Source: an uncultured bacterium
GTDB lineage: Bacteria; Hydrothermota; UBA3073; NMUJ01; CBEVQO01
Assembly (NCBI GenBank): GCA_965552055.1
Contig: CBEVQO010000001.1
Coordinates: 288,001 to 352,000, forward strand
Direction of reading: 5' to 3'
Length of the DNA: 64,000 bases
In this document: piece by piece, positions 39,169 to 47,405 of the stretch
How positions within the stretch are numbered: the first letter of the stretch is position 1
Layout: the number at the start of each line of letters is the position of its first letter
Notes under the pieces: model-generated
The model's database searches: none
Told to the model about the DNA's origin: nothing
The model's input: only the letters and a program-made list of their open reading frames with translations
Position numbers and translations under genes: made by a program

Positions 39169-41862
39169 TTATGAATGGAAAAGTTCTTCTCGAAGTATTT
39201 TTACACTTTCTTTGAATATATTGGGCATCTGTATTCCGAAATATTTCTTTATATATTCATCTATTTCTTTGTGTGCACTCTTTATCAGTGCGATGTCTTT
39301 TGAAGTTATATGCCATGTCCCGTGTGTCAGCCTTCCTAAGTTTCTTATGTCTCGGAGAGGTTCTAATACATCTTTTTCTATTTTTAAAAATTCCTTGATT
39401 TTTTCCGTTCTTTCATCGTCAGGATGCTCCGCGCACCATTTTTCTAATTTTTCTATTTTTTTAGGAAATCTTTTTTCTTCTTTGGTAAGCTTTATTCCTA
39501 TTTCTTCCAGAAAGCATTTTATTATATTTTCGTTTATAGCGAACAGCTCCATAACTGCTTCTGTGTTTTCATCTCTATCTATGTAAATCTCTGCAATGTC
39601 TTTCATCAATTTTATCAATACTTTTTTATTTTCATTAGATGCTGTTAATGTTTCTTCAAGGTTTTCGAATTTCTGTGCGATTTCAGGCTCTTTTTCTTTC
39701 AACCTTTCGAATCTTTCCAATGCTGCCCTTATGTTGAAGTCCCATAATATCTGTAATATCATGAGTATTTCTTTTGCCCATTTCTGATGTCTGAATGGTG
39801 AATTGTCTATCTCTTCTTTTGCTGGTGCGAACAGGCATTTATCAAGTAATCTTTCTATTCTTTCTTTTGCTCTATTTTGCAATATTTCTCTGAAATAATT
39901 TATCTCCCTTGGTTCCCCATCTTCACCTTCTTTTGGTTTTTCTCTTGATATATAATAAAATCTTGTATTTTCGTCCAGGAATTCCATTGCAAGGGTGAAG
40001 TAAGTTGCTGGTGCTCCTGCTGCTACCTGAATGCATTTGCACGGGTATTTTTTTAATTCTTTTGCATGTTCTTTGCTGAATTTCTTCATCCATTCTGACA
40101 TTTTATCGTAATCCGCTGGATTTTCCCTTATTTTTATTATTTCCGTTTCTATGTTAAAATTCTTCTCTATAAAGTTCTTAGTGATATTTGCAAGAAATAT
40201 CGTATCCTGTCTGTTTTTCTCTCTATCTTTTTGATCCGTTGCAAGGAGAAATATCTTTTTAAGAGTGAACTTATCATTCAGCAGTTTTATAAGTGGGGTT
40301 ATCAGCGGGAATTTTATTCTTTTTACGAGAAATCTTTCTCTTTCTCTGGTATCCCGTTTTACGAGTTCCACTTCTATTCCATCTGTGATTATCATATTGT
40401 TTTCGATTTTTGTTTCTCTTTCTATTTCCCGCTGGAGTATTTCTGTTGCTTCTCTGAAATTTATGAATTTTCTACTCAATTCTCTCACCTCTGTATCTGA
40501 GAAAAGGACTATATCCGAGTTTCCGAGTGTGTAAAGCAGGCATGCTTCTTCTTTTGCTGGCTTTGCATATATTTCTCCTGCTTCATTGATTTTTGTAATC
40601 ACTACATCCATTTCTTCCCCCTTTTTATATTTTAGACGCGAATATAAATTAGCTTCTTTCCCATTTATATCGATTATTGTTTCTCTGTATTCTGAAAATT
40701 TTACTTTTGCCTTATAAATTTTACTTTTCCCTTCTTTTAGTTCTTTTATCATTTGTGCCTTTTCAATCGATACTATTGCGGTATTGTTATTTTCATTGAT
40801 TCTTTCCACGAACACATCTATTTTTTCTTTATTTTCAAACTTATCTGCTTCCCAGTTTTTTTCTATCACCTTGCATACATATCCTCCATTGAGTAACAGG
40901 ATTGTTTTTTTATCTTTTTTACATACGATTGCTTTGTTTATTGATTTTGGCAGTGGGAATGTTTCATCTTCGAAATATTTTTCCACACAATATTTTGGCA
41001 TTTTAAGGTACAGCGATGTTCCTCTTTTCTCCAGTATTTGCACCGTTAATGTGTCGCCATTTTCCGGTCTGTCACATACTTTCTCTTTGCTTCTCGGCAA
41101 AAAGCAATCGACTCCCATTATCTGCACAATTGAGCCTGCTTCCTTTACCTCTTTAACTATACCGGTAAAAATGGCATCGCGGTTATCCTGCCATGTCTGA
41201 ATTATCTTTGCTTTGTTTACAGATACCTTTGCCCTCTTATTCCTGTAATCAATATAATCTATGAAAACAGGGATATGATCATATGGTGTTGATTCTAATT
41301 CTTCGTATGTTTCTCCTATTATTCCTGTTGGCAATTCGACTTCGCACAAATGTCCTGTTTTTATTATCCTTCCATAGACAATAATTCCCTCGCGGATTCG
41401 CGGAATCTTTTCAATTTCTTCCTTTATCCGGGGTAATTCTTCAATTGATGTTATTGAGCGTTTTTTCATCTCAAACTCATTTATTAATACCGAGTATCTG
41501 TATATATCTGCTCTGAGCAAATTGATGGCTTCCTTTGTCTCCTCCATGCTTCTTTTAAACTCCATTTTTCTTTCTCGATCAAGTGTATAGCCCTCTCTCT
41601 TATAAAATTCCAGTTCCTTCCTGAAAGCTTGCCTTATTTCTATGAGGTCTTCTATCATCTTTTTTCTTTCTTCTTTCAATTCTCTTATGAGCTCGTTGTA
41701 TCCCCTTATTAATTCTGCTCTTTTTGCTTTTCTTCTATAATAATATGCTTCTCTTTGTTTAATCCTGTAATATGTTCTTCTTCTTTTTTCTTCTTCCTTT
41801 TTTCTTTCGAGTATCTTTTTTGCTATAAATGCACCTACGCCTATTGCAATCCATATCCACAT
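39169..41862 (-). CDS. CRISPR-associated fusion: TM anchor, coiled coil, tandem S1-like OB folds, Csm6-like CARF/HEPN
   Basis: MWIWIAIGVGAFIA; K/E/R heptads; S1-like GIVKEVKEAGSIVQIMGVDCFLPRS; C-terminal ~460 aa colinear with 42726-44078 (LGNSDI, LATDQ, DTIF, NPADYD, AGAPA, RNLGRLTHG). Confidence 0.8.
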   Translation of the reverse strand: MWIWIAIGVGAFIAKKILERKKEEEKRRRTYYRIKQREAYYYRRKAKRAELIRGYNELIRELKEERKKMIEDLIEIRQAFRKELEFYKREGYTLDRERKMEFKRSMEETKEAINLLRADIYRYSVLINEFEMKKRSITSIEELPRIKEEIEKIPRIREGIIVYGRIIKTGHLCEVELPTGIIGETYEELESTPYDHIPVFIDYIDYRNKRAKVSVNKAKIIQTWQDNRDAIFTGIVKEVKEAGSIVQIMGVDCFLPRSKEKVCDRPENGDTLTVQILEKRGTSLYLKMPKYCVEKYFEDETFPLPKSINKAIVCKKDKKTILLLNGGYVCKVIEKNWEADKFENKEKIDVFVERINENNNTAIVSIEKAQMIKELKEGKSKIYKAKVKFSEYRETIIDINGKEANLYSRLKYKKGEEMDVVITKINEAGEIYAKPAKEEACLLYTLGNSDIVLFSDTEVRELSRKFINFREATEILQREIERETKIENNMIITDGIEVELVKRDTRERERFLVKRIKFPLITPLIKLLNDKFTLKKIFLLATDQKDREKNRQDTIFLANITKNFIEKNFNIETEIIKIRENPADYDKMSEWMKKFSKEHAKELKKYPCKCIQVAAGAPATYFTLAMEFLDENTRFYYISREKPKEGEDGEPREINYFREILQNRAKERIERLLDKCLFAPAKEEIDNSPFRHQKWAKEILMILQILWDFNIRAALERFERLKEKEPEIAQKFENLEETLTASNENKKVLIKLMKDIAEIYIDRDENTEAVMELFAINENIIKCFLEEIGIKLTKEEKRFPKKIEKLEKWCAEHPDDERTEKIKEFLKIEKDVLEPLRDIRNLGRLTHGTWHITSKDIALIKSAHKEIDEYIKKYFGIQMPNIFKESVKILREELFHS

Positions 41863-42275
41863 TATTTTTCCGGAATTAATTTAATTACTTCGTTGATGTT
41901 AATGTAAAATTCGGCTATTTTATCATTTATTTCTTTCAATTTATCATCGGTTAATGCGTTCATTTCTCTTAGTTCCTCTTTTACTTTTTCATATTTGCTT
42001 ATGAATTTTTCCAGTTCCTTTATCTGATTGATGAGTTCTTTTCTTCTTTCTCTTTTTTCCTCGAGATATGCTTTAGCCATCTTTACCACTGCATCTACTT
42101 TTTCTTTCCATATTTCTTTTTCTATTTCGGCTTTTTCATAGATGTGTCTTATTTTTAATCTTTCTCTTTCGGTTAGTTCTTTTTCTTTTCTATAAGCGAA
42201 ATATTCTGCAGCAGCTCTGCATGCCTCTATTATTGCCAGTCCCATTGCTCCTATTGTCGTTAGTATCGGTATCAT
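41862..42275 (-). CDS. Small coiled-coil protein with hydrophobic N-terminal helix (CRISPR-linked, unknown)
   Basis: 137 aa; start and stop each overlap a neighbour by one base. Confidence 0.8.
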   Translation of the reverse strand: MIPILTTIGAMGLAIIEACRAAAEYFAYRKEKELTERERLKIRHIYEKAEIEKEIWKEKVDAVVKMAKAYLEEKRERRKELINQIKELEKFISKYEKVKEELREMNALTDDKLKEINDKIAEFYININEVIKLIPEK

Positions 42276-42742
42276 CAGCCTGTTTTTAAAGCAAAAGGAG
42301 TATATGTTAATTGCCTTGAAATTTCAAGTCTATGACCCAATATCTCTGTTATTTTTTCGCCCACCTCTTTTATCTTATCTAATTCATAACCGTTTTTAAT
42401 CATTTCGAGATGCACAGATGTGTATTTATGTAGTATTTCGTCTATTGACTGTATTGTCTTTAAAATTGCTTCTCTTGTTTCCTTTGCATCTTCTCTCTGC
42501 ATTTTCAGATATTTCAGATTGAACTCTATTTGTTCTCGCAAAGCCGTGAGCTCTGTTCTCATTTTTTCTCTCTCTGCCTCAAGTCGCATTTTCAGCTGAT
42601 TTGTCCTTTCCTGTTCAATCTTCCACTCCATGAATTTAACAGCGCAATCTTTCATGGCATCTATCAGTTCGGTAATTATGAAAATTCGGCTCAAAATTTT
42701 ACCGGTTACAACCTTGACAGGGGGTTTAGGAGATTTCTTCAT
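42275..42742 (-). CDS. Small coiled-coil protein (CRISPR-linked, unknown)
   Basis: 155 aa; RBS GGAGGT inside the csm6-like gene end; overlapping start and stop. Confidence 0.8.
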   Translation of the reverse strand: MKKSPKPPVKVVTGKILSRIFIITELIDAMKDCAVKFMEWKIEQERTNQLKMRLEAEREKMRTELTALREQIEFNLKYLKMQREDAKETREAILKTIQSIDEILHKYTSVHLEMIKNGYELDKIKEVGEKITEILGHRLEISRQLTYTPFALKTG

Positions 42743-44078
42743 AGCACCTCCTTATTTCATAAAAGGGATTTTCACCCGTTGAAACATCAACATGCGAAAG
42801 AAGTATTTTTATATCTTTAAACAACTCTTTTATGCCCTTTCCGTAATGCTTTTCAATATCCTCCTTATCTATTCCCTCATATCCATGTGCACCTATTGAT
42901 TTATGCCTTAATGACACCAGTTTATGTAGATTATCAAGAATAGATTCGACTTCCGGATTTACTTTGCCTTCGGTATTTAAGTTCTTAAAAATACATTTCA
43001 GTAGATAAAGGGAAATCGTTTCCAGCCTTAATTTTTCCTTTTCTATTATCTCTTTACATTTTTCCTTGCATTCTTCGATAAATTTATCGTCCTCCAATGG
43101 CAATCCCCAGTATTTATACATTATCAGCCTGTATATCATCTGTATGAATGTGTAAAGTCGTGTTAACATGTCGATATATTCTCCTTTCTTCTCTTTTAGT
43201 TGCATATTGTAATATAATTCAGTCAGTTTCTTTTTAAAACCTGTTATGTCTTTTTTCAACAATTCATCTATTTCTACCTTGTGTCTTATGAGGATATCCT
43301 GAAGATGTCCTTTTTCGTCCTTTATTGCCATTTCCAGATATTCCTTTGCTTTTTCAAACAGGAATAATTCTCTATAGTAAAGGTAATTATAAACATTACT
43401 TTTATCAATATGCATTGCTCCATAAAAATCATAATGTTCGATTAGTGCTTTTGTATTCATTTTTGCGAATGTCTGAGAAATCTCTTTCCCCAACCTTAAA
43501 TTTATGGGTATTGATTCACCTTTTGTATCTATTTCTTTTGAGTAATAAATTTCGACCTTTTCTCCGAAGTATTTTACTGCCTGAAAAGCGAGAGCAAAAT
43601 TACATGCAGGTGTGCCACCTGTAATCGATACAAAAATTCTATCATAAGATTTATGCAATCCTTTCTCCATAAATTTTTTCATCCTGCCGTCATAATAATC
43701 TAGCATCAAATCATAAATGTTGGGTTGAAGTGTGATACAATCAGAAATATGAATTGTCCCCAATTTTCTAAACCCTTTTTCTTTTCTCTTTTTTTCATCC
43801 AAAAATTTTTTGATTATCTGTGCATAAAATATCGTATCTTTCTTTTTAAACTTTTCATCTTCCTGATCCGTTGCAAACATTACGATATCAAGAATCTCCG
43901 TACGCTTGAAAATTTCTTTAAGTACAGGTTCTATAATTGGTAATTTTATTTTAGTTTTGAACTTCTCATAGTTAAGTAATAAATATTCGCCTTTTTCCCT
44001 TGGTACCTGAGGCAAAGAAGGGATATCTATTAAGATATCATTATTACCTATATTTATGAATAAGACATCTTTACCCAT
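42726..44078 (-). CDS. csm6: Csm6-like CARF-HEPN ancillary ribonuclease
   Basis: CARF-type IGNNDI, FATDQ, SITGGTPA; HEPN-type RHKSIGAHG; directly after csm5. Confidence 0.75.
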   Translation of the reverse strand: MGKDVLFINIGNNDILIDIPSLPQVPREKGEYLLLNYEKFKTKIKLPIIEPVLKEIFKRTEILDIVMFATDQEDEKFKKKDTIFYAQIIKKFLDEKKRKEKGFRKLGTIHISDCITLQPNIYDLMLDYYDGRMKKFMEKGLHKSYDRIFVSITGGTPACNFALAFQAVKYFGEKVEIYYSKEIDTKGESIPINLRLGKEISQTFAKMNTKALIEHYDFYGAMHIDKSNVYNYLYYRELFLFEKAKEYLEMAIKDEKGHLQDILIRHKVEIDELLKKDITGFKKKLTELYYNMQLKEKKGEYIDMLTRLYTFIQMIYRLIMYKYWGLPLEDDKFIEECKEKCKEIIEKEKLRLETISLYLLKCIFKNLNTEGKVNPEVESILDNLHKLVSLRHKSIGAHGYEGIDKEDIEKHYGKGIKELFKDIKILLSHVDVSTGENPFYEIRRCYEEIS

Positions 44079-45130
44079 CCCGGTGGTATTACATTTTCTC
44101 CTTTCATGATGACTGCACGGGTATCGGGCAGATATTTTTTCAATCTCCTTTTAGTCCAGTATTTTGTATTTTGATAATTTTCCCACTGCCTTAAAATATC
44201 CTTATCATCTTTTATCAACATAATAACCGTTTGACACCAGAATGTTTTACCAAATCCTATTCTACCTATGCATTCGTTTTGCTTTAAACTTTTCATCTTA
44301 TATAAGAGGTCTTCATAAAAATCTATCAAACTTCTTATAGGATTATCTTCTTTTGCTTTCTTTATCTCATTTATTTCCATTTTTATGAATTCTTCGAAGA
44401 ATTCGTTTACTATTTTAAAAATGTTCTTCAAGTCTGTGAACACATCTTTTAAATTTTTGTTTAATATCGGTATATTTAAAAGATTTATTTCGGAATTGAT
44501 TTTTGTATTTTCAACTATTGCTTCGCATGGCTGTGGTACTCCTTTCACCCTCTTTGCAATGTATAATCTTCTTACATTGAAAATTTTAATATTTTTTTCT
44601 TCGATAAATTCACTATCTTTTATAAGCAAATTTTTAAATGGGTCTCTATGAGGGTCGCCAAAAATTCTTCTATTGAGCTCAGAAAATTCATATTTTGCTC
44701 TTTTCTTCCATATATTCCTGATTTCCTTTTTTAACAATGAGATATTGTTTTTCAAATAATGATATGCAACGCATGTTCTTATCATTCCTTTTATGGAAGT
44801 TCCGGGCATATAATATTTTCCGTCGGTCTTTATATACGATGAAATTTCACCACTTATTTCATCATCTGCAGGTATCTCCCTTTCTATAACATCATCAAAT
44901 CTTACCCCATGCTTCCGGGCAAATCTTTTGATATCTTTCCCAGATTTTATCTCCCCTGTTTTTACTTCTGATATATATTCCTCGATAATTCCCTTTTCCG
45001 AAAGTTTTTCCATGAGTTTACTCTCGGATATTATTCTCACCTTTCCGCTTTCACAAATGTAATCTATGGAGTGATATTTCTGTTCACTTCCTATATGTAC
45101 AGGGCTTAATGTTTCGATAACCAGTTTCAT
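44054..45130 (-). CDS. csm5: Type III-A RAMP Csm5
   Basis: TLSPVHIGS, YMPGTSIKGMIRT, DPFKNL.IKDS, RIGFG, PGWV. Confidence 0.9.
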   Translation of the reverse strand: MKLVIETLSPVHIGSEQKYHSIDYICESGKVRIISESKLMEKLSEKGIIEEYISEVKTGEIKSGKDIKRFARKHGVRFDDVIEREIPADDEISGEISSYIKTDGKYYMPGTSIKGMIRTCVAYHYLKNNISLLKKEIRNIWKKRAKYEFSELNRRIFGDPHRDPFKNLLIKDSEFIEEKNIKIFNVRRLYIAKRVKGVPQPCEAIVENTKINSEINLLNIPILNKNLKDVFTDLKNIFKIVNEFFEEFIKMEINEIKKAKEDNPIRSLIDFYEDLLYKMKSLKQNECIGRIGFGKTFWCQTVIMLIKDDKDILRQWENYQNTKYWTKRRLKKYLPDTRAVIMKGENVIPPGWVKMSYS

Positions 45131-46104
45131 TTTACACCGAATTTTATTCCAAAATTTATACCATAATGATAGACAGGATGCTCCAGTTTCCCTGTATCTA
45201 TTTTATACAATTCGCCATGGGGGATGTTTTTAATAACGCTTCCTTCCTTTATCATCATTATTCTTGGTTTCAAATATCCAGTGCCTCCTATTGATGTTAT
45301 CCATCCTCCTCTTGGTATTATCTGATATGATATGAAATCGCAATTCTTAAGGTCAGCGTCAGATGGATATACGAGTGATAGATTTACACAATATTCCCCA
45401 TCTTTTATATTTAACTCAATTTCTCCTTCTTCAATTTCAAACCTTCCTGCTCCTGATGAGCGCTCAGCACCTATTCCCTCTTCAGCCATAAGCTCAAAAT
45501 AGTAAGTTTCGTCACCCAGATAAAGGAAATAAAAGAAAGGTCTAACATCTTTGTAATTTATACCATAAAGAAATGTCTGATAAAAAGGAACAGAACCCCT
45601 CTGTAGCCTGTCAATTCCGACACTTACTTCATCGTGGAATACAAAAATCTCAATCCCGTATTCGGGTAGCTCATCTTCCATAACACCAAACTTACCAAAG
45701 GTTACCCTGCCAAAAGGTGCGGAAGTAAGAAGTGTATCATCAAGTAATTTGACATTGTTCAATATTTCTTCAAAAAGTTTCAGAGATACATATTTTACTC
45801 TTCTTAATCTTTTTTTCATCTCTTCTTCATCATCTGTTTTTTCTGGTTTTATAAAAGGTCTTGGTAAGAAATAAATTTCCTTATCGTTGATTTGAATTCC
45901 GAGGAAAGCCGAAGAGAGCAAGAACTTGCCTTTTAGCGTTTTTTCTATTATTTCCTCTGCTTTATTTTTGTCCAATTTTGCAACAGAATTTATGAGTGCA
46001 GAATAAAGTGTATCCGAAGGGATATAATCGATTTCGTATTTCGGCATACCTATTTTTAGTTTGATACCTGTTTTACTCTTTAATTTTATCGCTTTAAACT
46101 TCAT
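45127..46104 (-). CDS. csm4: Type III-A RAMP Csm4
   Basis: PSDTLYSAL, LSSAF, IDR, GIGAERSSGAGRF, EGSV, HPVYHYG. Confidence 0.9.
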   Translation of the reverse strand: MKFKAIKLKSKTGIKLKIGMPKYEIDYIPSDTLYSALINSVAKLDKNKAEEIIEKTLKGKFLLSSAFLGIQINDKEIYFLPRPFIKPEKTDDEEEMKKRLRRVKYVSLKLFEEILNNVKLLDDTLLTSAPFGRVTFGKFGVMEDELPEYGIEIFVFHDEVSVGIDRLQRGSVPFYQTFLYGINYKDVRPFFYFLYLGDETYYFELMAEEGIGAERSSGAGRFEIEEGEIELNIKDGEYCVNLSLVYPSDADLKNCDFISYQIIPRGGWITSIGGTGYLKPRIMMIKEGSVIKNIPHGELYKIDTGKLEHPVYHYGINFGIKFGVK

Positions 46105-47038
46105 TTTTGAATCTCTCCCATATTTCATCTATCTTTTCTTTTAACTCTTCAACACTCTTTAATGTGTCGATTTCGACTGGTTTTTCTTTTGTTCTATAAT
46201 GTTTTTGTGTTTTGATTTTTACTTTTATTTCTTTGAATTTAACCTTTCCATATCCTCTTGAGCCCGAGCCTCCCAGATAATCGTCTTCCAGCAATCCCAT
46301 TGCTGTTATAAATGCGGTGAAGAAATTTTTGTCTCTATCGGTGTCATAGACATTAAAAACGAAATCTCCTTTAAATTCTGCACCTGCAGGTACTCTCTCG
46401 AAGTGCCTTGGATTTGCAGCAGATGTCAATCTATCAATTGTGTTTTCGAATTTCGCCTCGGTATAAAGGTTGTCTTCCGCTAGCTCGGGGAAGTCCTTTT
46501 TGAACTTCTCTTCATCGAGCAAAGCATCCCTAGCATATAGGCGTGTTGGCTCAGAAGAAGAATGCTCAGCAGGTCTACCAAAAGTTACGCATATTTCACA
46601 ATCATCCCTCGGGCAAATATGTATAAATACACCTCCCTGCTCATGCCAGTTATACTTTTCTTTCAATTCTTTTTTTATATTTTCTAATTCTTTTTCAATT
46701 TTCTCTTTTTCTCTTTCTTTGCTTTTTCTCTCTTCTGATTTTCTTGGGTCATTTTTTTCTTGTTGTTTAAGCATTTTTATTTCTTTCTCTAATTTTTTCT
46801 TTTCTTCTTCCTTTTCCCTGTAAGGTTTAAGAGGCTTTAAATCTTTTTCTTTTCTTTCGAGCAGGCATCTCATTTTACCTTTTATTGAGCTACCAGGGAT
46901 AAAGGGCACTCCTCTTGGATCTTTTATAACAGGATTATCGAGTCCTCCTATTTCCAGTGTCTCTTTTCCAGCCCCTATTGACAAACCCGTTTTCGCCTCT
47001 AAAACATACTCTATTATTATCTTGCCCAATAAACGCAT
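46094..47038 (-). CDS. csm3: Type III-A backbone Csm3 (with charged insertion)
   Basis: TGLSIG, GGLDNPV, IPGSSIKGKMR, KFENTIDR, NPR..ERVPAG, YLGGSGSRGYG. Confidence 0.95.
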   Translation of the reverse strand: MRLLGKIIIEYVLEAKTGLSIGAGKETLEIGGLDNPVIKDPRGVPFIPGSSIKGKMRCLLERKEKDLKPLKPYREKEEEKKKLEKEIKMLKQQEKNDPRKSEERKSKEREKEKIEKELENIKKELKEKYNWHEQGGVFIHICPRDDCEICVTFGRPAEHSSSEPTRLYARDALLDEEKFKKDFPELAEDNLYTEAKFENTIDRLTSAANPRHFERVPAGAEFKGDFVFNVYDTDRDKNFFTAFITAMGLLEDDYLGGSGSRGYGKVKFKEIKVKIKTQKHYRTKEKPVEIDTLKSVEELKEKIDEIWERFKNEV

Positions 47039-47039
47039 A

Positions 47040-47405
47040 TCACCCCCTTGAGTTAAAATATTTGTGATAGGCTATTATGCCCTCAAATAGCTGTTTGAAT
47101 TTTTCCACATTTGATTCTGTTTTGATACTTTGTATTACTTCTTCAAGCGCTTCGCAGAAATCTCCAAGTTCTTTCTGTCTGGCTCCTGCGTATGCCAATC
47201 TATATCTCATTAAAGCGAGTTCCTCGGGTTTATTAATCGTCATTATTTTGCTATAAATGCTTCTTAATTGATGCATTGAAACTTTTTTCAGCTTTTCTGC
47301 GCACTTCCTTATCCTGTCTACAAATTCATTTCCTTCTAATGAGAGAATATCAGCGAGAATTTGTTTATAGGGATTTTTGTCCTTACTTGCTTTTCTCTCA
47401 TTCAT
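47040..47405 (-). CDS. csm2: Type III-A small subunit Csm2
   Basis: QLRSIY, LAYAGAR, FEGIIAYHKY. Confidence 0.92.
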   Translation of the reverse strand: MNERKASKDKNPYKQILADILSLEGNEFVDRIRKCAEKLKKVSMHQLRSIYSKIMTINKPEELALMRYRLAYAGARQKELGDFCEALEEVIQSIKTESNVEKFKQLFEGIIAYHKYFNSRG

